In this document: positions 26,452-39,729 of the stretch, piece after piece | How positions within the stretch are numbered: the stretch's first letter is position 1 | How the letters are laid out: the number at the start of each line of letters is the position of its first letter | Assembly: GCA_000165425.1 (NCBI GenBank) | Contig: CT868650.1 | Location: 186,001-250,000 of the forward strand | From: Paramecium tetraurelia | Lineage: Eukaryota | Length of the DNA: 64,000 nucleotides | Reading direction: 5' to 3' | Made by a program: the position numbers and the translations under genes | The notes under the pieces: model-generated | What the model was told of the DNA's origin: nothing | Databases searched by the model: none | The model's input: only the letters and a program-made list of their open reading frames with translations

Positions 26452-28687
26452 TCAAGAAGTGAAGACTAATTAAATGGTATCAAAATCAAAGTCGCCTCCC
26501 ATAATTTCTGCCTTATCAACGAATAATGTTTGTGGTAATTCAAAAATAACTTTTGTCTTTTTTTTTGATTGAGAACGATATATTTTTATTTGGTTATTAT
26601 TACCTCCTAATATCTTAATCAGTTTCTAGGATGCAGCTAAGCCTAATTTACAATCATCAAGTCTTTTTGAATTTATATTATCATCTGTTAAACCGCATCC
26701 ATAATCAATTATCTCAAAACGAATATTTTACTCATCGTAATTCTTAAGTACAATTTTAACTCGCTTTTTTATCTTTGAATTTTCAAGATCGTCTTCGTAT
26801 GATTTAATTGAATTGTAGATAATATTAAATAATAATTGTTTCAATCGTCTATATAATTTATATATATATATAAACCTTATATCTGTTATTATGCATCTAT
26901 TTTTTAATTAATCCCGCATAGTGATACTAATTTTCTATCCAATAACTATTTCGTCGTAATGAAACTAATTAATTAACAAATTAATAGTCTGAGTTATATC
27001 TACTTTGTTCTTTTCTAGCTAAACGAACTCATTTAAAGAGAAAACTTCAAAATAGTTAAAGTTGTTCTGCGTTATTTTCATAAATTAAAATTATAATTAT
27101 TTGATGAATTAAGTTATTTAACAATTTTTCTAAGCTTTCTCAGAAATTTCTGATAATGCATCATCAATACTATCTTTTTATGAATAAATGGAATTCGTTT
27201 TTACTAAATTAGTACTTTTTTATTTCTAATTTAAAATTTCAGTAATCGTTTTCTCTTGGAGATTTATCTTTTTATGAATGCTCTAAATTAAATCAGCTTA
27301 TTATTTCAAAAATTTTATTGTCGAGTTGATTTTTTGCATGTTTTTCAAATTTGTTTTAATTTATTGAACTTACTTTTCTAAGTCCCGAATGAGAACCGCA
27401 GTCACTTAACGTTAAACACCATCTACTTCCTTTTATAAATACTAAAATTACTTCTTCAAAAAAATTAATTTAAATGTAAAAATTGTAATTCTAAGTTGTT
27501 CCATTATATTTTCCATATAAAAATTTTCTATTTTTTAGATTTGATACTTCAAGAAACCCTGAAATTAACTAAATAGCTGATATGACAGATAATTATTTGT
27601 CGATGAAAGCGCCTATCATCTCTATGGATTATTGGTTAATTTGTTAACTAATAACTAAGTTTTCTTCTAGTCCTCTTTGATAATTTAAATCAGAAAACTT
27701 AAAAGAATTGGCATTAGCCTCAATCCATTCAAAAAAACTAACCTATTTCTTATCTAAATTATTTGATTCATATAATTTAACATTTAAATCATTGCTTACT
27801 TTAATTTATTTAAATAGTGAGGCTAATTGGATTTTGTTGTCTTATAGAAGTTTGTTCATTGAATAATTATTTGATGCTTAATTTATGTTATTTTCTAAAT
27901 CGTTCATGCTGAAATAGAATTTACTAATGTAATCTTCACTCTATTCTATAAATTGCTACCACATAGTTTTCTGAGTAGGCGCTTAGATGTCCACTTGATC
28001 AGGCATCAGATGCATTGATGCTTCTTATCTGCTTAATGATCCTTCTTCTTGCAGTTTTACTTTTGATTTTGGTTGCTCTTATTGTTTAGGGATAAATTTG
28101 TTCAGAGATCCATTTAAATTAGCATTACTCGAGAAATACTATTCCTCTTTGTTCGGTTCTATTAACTTGATATTTTATCGATAATTTTGATATTAAATAA
28201 ATAGCATCATTATTATGAGTAGAATACTTGAAACCAATTAATCTTCAAAATAATATATGAATAGGCCAACCAGCAATCCGAATTATACAAATGCTTTTAC
28301 TAATTAAGTTACGTGATTTATAAATTTAGTAGGAGTAATACTCATATACTATCCATTACTAAAACCCAGATTATAGAGCCAAAAAATTGCCTAATCTTCT
28401 TTGATATTTTTTATGAACACTACCCTCACTAATGCAAGCGACCAAAAGAAAATAGGCGTATAATCTAAACCATAATAATCCAATTTAATACCTTACTTAA
28501 TCCCAAAAAGTTTTTTTTTTTCCACCAATTTTGCAAATCCAGCCAAAGCCAATAAAGTTATACTAAAATATTGTAATGTATCCAATTTTTATTGCAAATA
28601 AATTTCTATTCCAATTGAAAGTACGGATATGATATAATCTAACGATAGATCTAATTTATTTAGTAAAGAGCTTGCATTATTGATCAT
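26452..28687 (-). CDS. Membrane sensor histidine-kinase-like protein with an HATPase_c domain and degenerate H-box
   Basis: N-terminal TM helices. N box RLKQLLFNIIYNSIK, G1 IIDYGCGL, G2-like KLGLAASQKLIKILGG. No HELRTPL-type H-box seen. Confidence 0.72.
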
Positions 28688-29857
28688 TAAAATAAATAAT
28701 TATGAATTTATTTGAAACTTATAAAGTCCTCAAGAAATTTATTTTAAACAAACAATCTTATTAGTAATATAAGATTCTATAGTATATTTTTATAATTAAA
28801 AAGCAGTTCTAAGAATTTATTTTTTTTACTAATTCATTACATGATCTACTTATTTCATTATATTAAGAATCCCCACCAGAAATTAATTCTTTAAACTTAG
28901 TAATTTAATTTTGGGAGGTCTATAAATAAGTCCAAGACTTTTGTCATAATTAAGAAAGATTTTAAGATAACGAATTTCTAATTAGAACTGAATCAAATAT
29001 GTATTGTTTTACTTGGATGGATATAGAAGTCCCTTATTATACTTTGACAATATCATCTAAATTATATTTCCCTAGTGATTAATAAATACAAGCAAATAAA
29101 TAAGGAAGATATATTGTATTGATTTTTAATGTAAACTAATTCAGAAAAGCTATTTTGTAATTTTTGATTAAACTTGAATATTATATTTAATGAAGATTAT
29201 ATTTCGAACTCATAGATTTTATGAGATTAATTTAGGAAGAATTGAAAGTGTAATTTAATTTTATATTCAATATAAAATGTATTTTCGACAGATTATGTAT
29301 ACTATAGAAAAAATTGCAATTTTCAAAATCCTAGAAATAGAGATTATTGGCATCTCGTTTTTGAATTTTTAAATGAAAGCATAAAATTTATTAATTAATT
29401 CTTTAGATTAATAAAGATTTAGAATCCAGGATAGAGGGCAAATATAAAAATATCTAAAATTTTCATAAGATTTTTGAAACAATTATTCAAATTCTTAAAC
29501 TGATATCAATTTAGTTGATCTAGAAATTCAAATTGATTATATTTGAATAAATCAGAATGAGCTTAATTCAATGATATCAATAATGCTATCTAGTTTAATA
29601 ATATACTCAAATATAAAATTATATTCAGGATTGCATGTATTTCATTTTTATAATTATCTATAGATTTATTAAATTGAAAAAGATTGATATTACCTGATAA
29701 TGTATTAATTATATTATAATGTAAATATCAGTATTAAGTTAATTATCAATAATAATTCTAATTTAAGCAGCATTATTTAAATTCTATAATTTTAAAAGTT
29801 AATATAGAAGATATATTTGATAAACTATTTATTATTAATGATTGTACTATAAATTAT

Positions 29858-31365
29858 CAGGCAATCTGCTTCTTTCTAATTGTCCATAAGTTATCATCAT
29901 TTTTCTTTATTTAAAAATTCACTAAATCTTCCTTGGTCTTTCTTAAAAAAAAATCAATAATATCAAATAGTTCATCTTCACTTTTAATTTTTGATTTTAT
30001 TTTTGGAAAGTTCAATAATAATTTCATGAGCATGTCTAGATGTTTAAATAAATAATACATTTTTCTGGATCTTAAGCAGAGTGTTATAAAATAAAATCAT
30101 CTTTTGAATAGTTTTTATCACTATAATAATAATTTATTTATTAGCCGATGCCAAATGGATCTATAACTTCCTTTTATTATGATTATGTGATTTTAGCTGT
30201 ATTACTATCTGATTATAATAATTATTATTGAGTTTCTTATGGTTCATATTTACTATCAACATCTTGAGATAAAACTTTTATGGCTGCTTTTCTAGCTTAT
30301 GATTAAATTGTTGCGACATTAATTTGTAATTCTTAAATTTCACTATAATTAATTTATAGAGTTTCATTTTTATTTGTTTTAATTCTTAGTTTTTTTTCTG
30401 ATTAAGAGTTTTCCTCAACCTTACCAGATATCAAATTACTCACAGAGGGTTCAAATTTTACATCATCTAGATAGGTTTATTTGAAAAGAATTTCATCATT
30501 TTTTTCGATTAAAGTAGGATCATCATTTAAGGTTTATACAGGTAATTTGATATATTCAGTTTACTTTTTAGTAGTTTAAGGTGTGCTTGTTTATTATGCT
30601 ACCTTTTCTTTATTTTAATTTTCAGAAGTTTATTGTTGTTTTTATTAGATAGGGTTTTATTTTTAATTTGGTTTTGTTTATTAAGAAGTTTAAAGACCTG
30701 TGGGCTTTTAGGCATTTTTAGCAAAAGTTTTTTTCCATTCTTATTATTTACTTTTTAACTCCTCCTCTGGGGATAAAATATTTATTTATATTTTGTTAGC
30801 TGGCTATGATTTCTTAATAGGTACATCTTCAGAAGATGACTCTGATTCTGAAACTATCTACCTAATGATTGGATTTATTTATTTTTCATTTTATTATGAG
30901 AGGTTGTCCTAAATTTAATTAGGTTTAGCAATTAAATTAGATTTTATTTGTTATACCTTAGAGTTTTGATTTTAAATTATGGGTTATTTAATTTATACTT
31001 GTTTAATATTTTCTTCACTGGTACTTTCTTAAATCTAATTATTAAAAATTATATATTTACTTATTTTGTTTGCTTCTACTTTAGTTTTGTGTCTTTTTAT
31101 ATCATTTTCGTCGAAGATTCATTCACTTCAATAACCCTACGTTATTTTAACAATAATACTGAATTGGCTAGTTATTAATTACTAAATTTTCAACAAGTTG
31201 ATCATTCAATGCTCTAAAGCCCTCGATAAAGATTTATGGATTTTGCAAACAGCAAGTCTTTGATAAATATTTGCATAAGTCCTCAATAGTCTAATTAGGT
31301 TTGCTAAAAAGCAGAATATTATCTGTTGAATTATTCTGATATTGGATAATTAATTTAAGTCTCAT
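29858..31365 (-). CDS. Coilin-like protein (N-terminal and Tudor-like domains) with a C-terminal La motif
   Basis: MRLKLII..TIEDLCKYL..IFIEGFRALNDQLV (coilin-N-like). EYIKLP..NDEILFK..FEPSVSNLISGKV..INYSEI (coilin C-terminal-like). QQINYYYSDKNYSKDDFI..LLLNFPKIK..IRK (La motif). Three introns, one open frame. Confidence 0.7.
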
Positions 31366-31399
31366 AAATTTTATATATAATTATAGTATATATATGATT

Positions 31400-33556
31400 T
31401 CAATTTTTCTATGTTTTCTTTTGAATATTTTTAATAATAGTTTGCAGTTTAACCCTTTCTTAATCTGGATTTTCAATGACATCTGATTCCAGAATACTTT
31501 CAATTTATGAACTAAATTCTTTATCAAATTCCTAATCACTTTTTTTATATTGTTTTTTTTCAGTGTAGCTTTGAAGTAATTCGTTTTATTCTATTACTTA
31601 TTAATACATATCTTAAAGTTTAGCTATCTCTTTTTATTTCATCTACAATCTTTATTCATAAGTTTCTAATATATCCTTCTCAGGAGTCTTGTAAGAATCT
31701 CTAAATGAATGAGATAAGGGTTTTGAGTTTTATAACTAAGTTATAATCATTTTCTTACTTATTATTTATAAATTTTCACTTGGGTTTCTAGTCGATTAAT
31801 TTTTTCATGCTAAAATTATATACTTTGCTGTTATTGCTATTCTAGTATTTCCATCTAAACTATATTTTAATTTAATTGATTAAGTTATTCTTATAAGTCT
31901 GAATTTTCATTCTATAGAGACTTGATTTAAGAAATTTGTGTTTCAATTTATTATTATAACCTTCTCTTGTTTTCTGAAAATTAGGTAATTTTTAACTCTA
32001 GATGTTTTATTTCCTCTTAAAGATTAAATTCATTTTAATACAATTATCTATCTAGCTATTGTTTTTCCTATTGTAATTCTCTATATTATAAGTCCTTTGA
32101 TTATTATATTATATTTGCTTAGGCTAATTATTCTTATAAATCTTAGACTTAAAGTTCTTGTGCTTTAACTGTTGAAGTTAATTAGATAACTTCTTATTCT
32201 AATTACTTAACAAGGGCTTTCTGATATCTTAATTCTTTGTTTGAAGTTTCAATGGCTGTGAGATTCTAATTATTTACTTAATCAATTTAATCTTGTAAGC
32301 CTTCATTTATTATTTTCAATTTTTCGATTTCTCTATTAAACTTTTTCTTTTCTTACTAATGATTCTAAATTTATTCGATATAATCTTCGATTATTTGCTT
32401 TTGATTATTCACTAATTCTTCTTACTCTGAATATCTAATTTAGTTTTATTTATTCATTTCTGTCTATTCTTCAATCAATTACTTTAAATTCTCAAACTCT
32501 TCTTAATAATCTTCCAATTACTTCTTAAAACGCTATTCCATTTATTTTAAAGTTAACTAATATGAATTTTTTTCTTTGATTGCCTAAAATTAATCCTAAT
32601 CTTTATTATCAACTTATTATTATAAATCTTTAATTTGAGAAATCTGCAAGATAATTTCCTAATTTTTTTAGTTAATAGTTGTATTCATTTCTTTAATTAA
32701 TTACTTTTGTGCTGACAATTCTTCTTCTGCTTTAGTTTAGTATTCTTCAAATTCAATTTACAATTCAATCAACTAATCATTACTTTATTATTTAAATTAG
32801 TTTTTGTTTTAAATTTCTTTGAATAGGTTTTAAAATCTCTCGAATTCTTCCTATTATTTTGAGAACTATTCTTTATATTACTAATCCAAAAGGGTCAGTT
32901 CCGAATTCTTCTAATTTAAGAACTAGATTTCTGCCTAATATTTCTTCTCCATTGATAAATATTGTTGATGATTGATCTCCAATTCTTAACCTTTATTCTC
33001 CAATTAAATTAATAGGTTTTCCTTTGTTTGTTGTATTTCTAAAATATATGGTTAGAATACCATCTTCTAAATCGCTATTCTATTAGTTAAGCACTCTCAA
33101 TTCATCATCTTGCTACTTAATTGTTTATTTTAATTAAGCGATCTCAAGATAGAATTGTTTCATGTTTTTATTCTCATTGGAACTTTTATCCTGCTGTTTC
33201 TTTGTTAATTCGTGGAGTTCATTATATTCTAAATATTGAATTTATTAGATATACAAATATCTTTATCTTTTAATTAATTATTTAACAGCATAATTTTATT
33301 CTTAAGTTGTGATATTTCTTACTTTTGATGTCCTATTTCACTCTCCTAATGTTATAACGCAGTTTATTAGTCTTAAATTTTCTATTGAGTTGCTCTTGGA
33401 ACAGAACTCTTCTCAGGTGTAGGATTATTTGATTCCTTCAGTTGAGTGTGAATCTCATACATCTACTCTAATGTCTCTTCGAGCAGCTATTTTATGATCT
33501 CTATTTGGAGACTTTAATATGAATACTTTGTCATACCCATCGATATTTGAAATCAT
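31400..33556 (-). CDS. Long Q/E/K-rich coiled-coil protein
   Basis: Long frame dominated by Gln/Glu/Lys/Leu heptad-like sequence, short introns, TGA at 31400-31402. Confidence 0.72.
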
Positions 33557-33622
33557 TTATTCGAAATTTTCTAACAAATTAGTGAACAGCCCTTTTATTT
33601 ATTGCATTAATTAATTTTTATT

Positions 33623-34396
33623 ATGGAATTTAATGTGATGCATTCAAGAATTCCGACATTAAAATGTAAAGCCTTATTCTTATGCTATATCAAATAGAAG
33701 CCGAAAGTTCTTTCTAGCGCTATCGAAATCCTTTGAACGAATTTCATAACAAAAGTGAATCAAATTCATTCGAACACAAATAAGCAGAATTCCAAATTCC
33801 TATTGGTTAATATATGTTTTTACCTTCAACACCAATATATCCAATCTTAGGTAATGATTTAAATCATTTTCAGGTGAACAGAAGTATGAAATGTTAGAAT
33901 AACCAAATTATTTTCACAAAAATAACAATCAAGTAGAATTAAATAAGAATGAGTAAGAAGTTGAATACAAGCTAAATCTAACTACATTTGGATGTAAGAA
34001 GGCCTGTTAGATAGATTGCTTATTAGTAGAAAGATATTTCAATCAAAAGTATTGGGTATGGAAACATTCTATATAAAGATATTTTAAAATGCCAATCAAT
34101 ATTATAAACTAGATCAAAACAAAAAGAATAATGTAGACTGGCTTAAGGAAAGGTTGTAATATCGCTATAAACCTCAGCTTTATGAGGTATTTGTGGAAAT
34201 GATAGATGGAATTCATAATGAAGGACAATTATAAATGAATGCCAGAAAGGAACCTCTAAAGGTGACAAATTAGAAGATATTCCAAAACTTGGAAAGATAG
34301 ATTTCAAAAGGGCTAAAGTAGGAAAAAACTTTTGATTCTTTCCTTCTTGAGATTCAAAAAGTTATTGCGGAGTTTATATTTACTAAAATAAATTGA
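33623..34396 (+). CDS. Hypothetical protein
   Basis: Open frame after removing three short GTA..AG introns, ending EFIFTKIN-TGA. Confidence 0.6.
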
Positions 34397-34461
34397 TTTT
34401 TATTAAAATTGTTATATTAGTTATTTTTAATAAATTACTTTGATTATATATATAAATAAAT

Positions 34462-36171
34462 ATGCTAAATTAGCATTTTTGTGAAATTGACGATGATAGT
34501 AAGTCTCCTGTATAATTATTCTTTAGTTTCTGATGCTACCTCTTTTGAGGAGTCCATTTAGAAGAGATGCATGACGGCTCCTCCAAGACCATTAACCGAT
34601 TTGGAGGAATTTAAGAGGTAAATTTGTTAAGAAGTAAGAAGATCAGAAGAATATGAAGCCCTCGAAAAAGCATATAGAAGCCAAAGCCAATTGATTTAGA
34701 GAGACTATCAGAAATACGATTTAGACAATCCAGAAGGATAACATAGTTGCAAGAAATTTCTATACCATCTTGAATATATGTGTAAAGTATTTGATCAAAT
34801 AACTCACAGGTGTATAAAGTGAATGCAGTATCAAGGGATTATAGAGACACATTTTCAAAAGCTTACAAAATATTATACACTGAAGGTGAGTTGTGTTACT
34901 TGACTGAAATTCTTGATAGTGCTTAGGAAGGTAAAAGTTAGTGATTGAAGTTCTAGGCTTCCCATATTTGTGGGTTAATTCAGAAAAATATGCATTTTCG
35001 GCTGATGTATTGGAATCTGGAGTGCGCTTGGTGGAGGCTTTCTATAAAGTCTAACATGTCATCAGATACACGTATTCTGGGACTGGACAAGAGAGTCCCG
35101 ATTTCTCTTCTTAGAAATTGAAAGCTGAAATTCAATTATTGTTAGAGAACTTCGATATAATTTGGGTCAATTTTGAGAAAGTACTTTAAATTTATAATCA
35201 AGTATTATGTCAAGGAGTTAATGCAGATAGAAGCAGAAGCAAGGAGGTTTATACTAAAAGCAATAGAAATAGATAAAGAAATGATCTCGATTGAGGTGCG
35301 CGAGAAATTGAAGGGAAGAATCCTTGTGACCTCTGATAATTATCTACATTATAAAGCTAAAGTAACTCACATACTGAAGCTAGTTATGCAAAGTGATAGC
35401 ACAGATTAATTCGGTCGCTAATGTTGAAGGTAAAGGCAGAGATGATCTCGGTGTAAACATCCTACTTGAAGCAGAAGGTATAACCAGAAGAGTCACTCGA
35501 GAGTAATCTTAGGCTGTTAGAAATCTTGCTGATAGCATCAAAATGAAGTAGACTTGTTATAATAGTTAAGTTTCTCGAAGTTCAGAGAACAGATGAGAAG
35601 ATATGAACGTAATATTGAAATGGTCGATCCACAATTAAAAAATAATTAAGAATTAGTTGAATTATTGATTGAATATGAAACATAATGGGAAAAAGGTTTG
35701 AATTATTTATTGGATCCAAAGAGATATACACAATTAATGTTGTTTTCACATATTATAGAAACAACAGCAGAGAAATATCAACAATTCAAAGAACAATTAG
35801 AATGCAGAGATAGCGATATTTTTGTAGCAATACCATGTTTGATCATATTAAAACACCTCGAAGATGAAGATCGCAATATTTGTCTTTACTTCTTACCTAT
35901 GTTAAATGATACCTCCTCTAAATTGCATTAATCATTTATGACTCTAAAGCAAGAATTTCAGACTTGGAGAAGACAACATTCAAAATCATATGAATACTAT
36001 AATATTATTGAAAAACTGCTTCTAGGAATTCCGTAATAATAGTTTTCTGAAGTGGAGTCAAATTAAATTTAGAAGATTATGCAAAAAATTAAATTTCTTT
36101 CAATGGAACTACAAAGGTATAATGCTATAGAATGGAATTAATTCATTGATGCTGCAATAAACAATAATTGA
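34462..36171 (+). CDS. Conserved-looking hypothetical alpha-helical protein, many introns
   Basis: FDIIWVNFEK/YYVKELMQIEAEARRFI, VEGKGRDDL, VDPQLKNNQELV, ELQRYNAIEWNQFID. TGA at 36169-36171. Confidence 0.75.
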
Positions 36172-36247
36172 TTTATATAATTATAATTCTAATTAATTGA
36201 AAAAACCAAAATATATTTATGTTTCGATATTATATTGCTTAATTTAC

Positions 36248-38220
36248 TCATCTATCAAGTTTTTTGGTTATGAAAACCCTTTCAATTTCAGCAAATACTT
36301 TATCTATTGAAGGTTCTGTGTTATTCTCAATAAGTCTTTCATCCTTCTTAAACATTTAAATGATCTGGTTTGTTTGAAAATTCAATGTTTCAACCTTCCT
36401 TTAAATAGTAGCTTAGTCCTTTTTGGCTATATTATAATTATTATTATTACCAACATCTGCTGCTATTCTTTTATCAAGTACTTCTTAAGAACATGCAAAA
36501 CACATAATATATTTTAATTTTACAGGATGATTTTGTTTAAGCATACCAAGCATTTAAGTTGTCTTCATTTCTTGTGGATCCATCAACTATGAAATTTCTG
36601 GCTTTTGATTAACTAATGGCAGCAAGAATCAACTTAACAACTACTTTCCCTGGGATGGGTTAGTTATTTTTTTAGCAGTCTTTTATTGTTTAAGCCTCTT
36701 ATGTGTTTTTCTTAATTTCATCCCTTATAATTATTTTAATTGACAAATGTTGAAATCCAAATCTTTTTGATATTCTTGAAGATTGAACTTGTTTTCCAGT
36801 TCCAGGAGCCCCAACTAAACCAATAATATATTTTCCTTTAGCAGGTCTTTAACCATTTAGTGTGACTGTTAATCCACTAGTTTTAAATATTTTCTTAACA
36901 TTTGAATAAAAAACATCAACTAATTATTCAGAATTGATAACCTTCAATTTATCTAAATATAATTACAAACTTTACTTTATTCTTTAAATATTCCCAAAAC
37001 TGGTTTAGTTTCAGAATGGAAAGTAGCTAGTCTTTTTTTGATTGTTTCTTCATTGTCATCCGCTCTTCCTGATGTTTTAGCTCTCTCCAACAGTCTTTTC
37101 GTCATTTCAGCATCAGAACATTCAAAGTAAAGCAAACAATTTACATCCACTAATGTAGCTAAAATTTTATTCCAAGAATCAATATTTTCTTGATTATGAG
37201 GAAAACCATCTAAGAGATATTTCCCTCTAAATTTTCTCCTTAATAATTCTTATGATTTAAATGTTTACTTTACTTTTTTCATCAATTTAACAACAAGATC
37301 AGATGGCACAAGCTTACCTGCTTCCATAATAGATTTTAATTCTGCTTAAATTGGCCCTTCTTTTTTTTATTCTTCTCTCAATAAATCCCCAGTCGATAAA
37401 TGACCATATGAAAAGTCTTTAGCAATTCGAGCACACTAAGTTCCTTTGCCTGAACCTGGTCCTCCCTTGAAATTAAAAAGTGCTTAACTAAAACAAATAA
37501 CACTTCAGGTCTTTTTGTGGTTAAACACCTTTATTGGATAATGCCTTTTTGACATTTTCATAAACTTCGTCTGGTGATGCTTCAGCACTAACCTTAACAA
37601 CCTTATTCTTCTTCTCAAAATCTGCAACAATGGGTTTGGTTTCGTTGATAAAAGTAGCAAATCTTTTCTTTATTGTTTCTGCATTATCATCTGCTCGACC
37701 TGATGTTTCCCCTCTCTTTAAAAGCCTTTATTCCATTACTGCTTCAGAACATTCAAACATTAACAAAAATGTTGTATCTACAGAATTCCCAATTATTTTG
37801 GTCCAACTTTCCCAATTATCTTATGATCTTGGGAATCCATCCAATATATATCTTCCTGTATTCCCCAAAGATTCAATTTCCTCAAATTATAAAACTTTAT
37901 ACTTTTTTGATTAACTTTCTTTCATAATATTTTCCAATTCTTTCGCTTCAGATCCGCCTAATTTAGTATATAAATCTTACCCTTATATCTTTCAGCTCTC
38001 AGTAAATCTCAAGTACTAATGTGCAAAAAGCAATAATCTTTAACCATCCTCTCACATTGTGTACCCTTACCTGATCCAGGTCCTCCCTATATAAAAATAA
38101 TAAAAAAGGAAAAATACCAAAATAAAAATAACTTCAGCCTTAGGTGCATTTCCAGGATTATTTAAGTAGGCACTCTACTTTATAATTAGATAATTTTACA
38201 TTTGAAGTAGAACAACCCAT
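36248..38220 (-). pseudogene. Triple-domain adenylate/UMP-CMP kinase with MGC acylation start, disabled by multiple lesions
   Basis: P-loops GGPGSGKGTQC (twice) and GAPGTGKQVQ. Lesions: HIST*DLLR (TGA at 38009-38011), loss of the GxLVP segment near 37915, a frameshift near 37515, a broken acceptor near 37250, and GFPR changed to GFPH. Confidence 0.8.
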
Positions 38221-38465
38221 ATAAAGATATTTAATTTAAATATAGAATTCATCAATTTATTATCATTAATACCTCTAATTATTATTAATTTTATATAAAA
38301 TAATTAATTTTATACCTGAATATATTATGATCAAATTTATCTAGAAAGCATAATAATCAAAGATAAAATGAAATCATATGTTTCAGTAAATTTAATGAGA
38401 TTAAAAAATTAATATTGAACTCCATTTTTACTTTTGATTTATATTTATTCAATACAATGAATATT

Positions 38466-39592
38466 TCACCATTCAAGGAAGGGATCATCTGCAGGTTTAA
38501 GGGCTGGACTTTAAGTATCGGATTCTGGATATGACGAGAAATTCGACGTATCATTGGGAGCTCTTAAGTCAATTTTTTAAAGAATTACTTAACAACTGGC
38601 TTATAAGGAACTGGCAATTTCTTCTATAATAACAAATTCCAATCAAGATTTCCAAACCATCTATGATTTTTAATATCAGCAGCCCCTAATTAAGATAATC
38701 CCAATCAATTACCATTCTTTAGATTTCCATATCTTTTAGACAAATCTGCAACTAAGAGATGTTTGACTAAGGATTTAGCATTTCTATGTTATTCTTACTC
38801 AATACTTATCAAAAGATTTTGGAAACTTAACCTTTCCTTTAAGAATTTTTTAGTAAATAGCCATAGGATCTTCATCAGAAAAGGGATCAATTCCTGCATT
38901 CATTTCATATATCAATATGCCCAATGTCCACCAATCTACTGCTTTACCATGTCCTTTATTCAACAAAATCTCAGGTGCCAAATATTCTGGTGTTCCGCAG
39001 AGTGTATAGGTTCTTCCTTCAACTACTTTAGCAAATCCAAAATCTGTCAGTTTTAAGTATCCGTCATCTGCTATTAATAAGTTTTCCGGTTTTAAATCTC
39101 TGTATATAATATTTTTGGAGTGAAGATATTCAAACATTGAAGCCACTTAAGAAGCATAAAAACTAAATAATGAATTTGCTTAGTTACCCTGCATGTTATG
39201 TATCAAGTCTTCCTATGCTTCTCAAATAAGTAAATAATTCACCTCCAGAAACAAATTCTAATACTAGATATAGATATCTCGGATCTTGGCAGAATCCTTC
39301 GAAATTAACCTAAGAATTAAAAAAAGAAAGGAATACAATAAAAGGATGCTGCAAGTTGCCCAATATGGTATTCTCATTAATCACATGATCAACTTGCTTT
39401 AAACGTATAATTTCCGCTTTCTTTAAACTTTTTAAGGCAACATATTTATTTGTTTATTTGTTCCTTGCTAATTTGACTCGCCCAAAAGAACCTAACATTG
39501 TTATTTAATGATGAAGTACCTGTGCCAAGTGTTTGAAATACTTCATAATCTGTCAACTTGAGTTTCTTAGGTTTTGCTAGAGATGTACTCAT
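38466..39592 (-). CDS. PKA-C: cAMP-dependent protein kinase catalytic subunit
   Basis: [43 protein letters not shown]-terminal PFLEW-TGA. Confidence 0.96.
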
Positions 39593-39729
39593 CAAAAGTC
39601 AAGATTTATATAATAAATAAAATATATACATATAAATAATTAACATTCGTATTAAAACTGAACTCAATCATCAATAAAAAACTAAGTGAAATGTTAATGA
39701 ATATGTCTTATTATACATGATAATAGAAA

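Noticed and set aside
38009..38011. In-frame TGAs as selenocysteine or stop read-through
   Set aside because: They replace Gly or Arg rather than Cys or Trp, and in the kinase they co-occur with frameshifts and a deletion, so decay explains them better.
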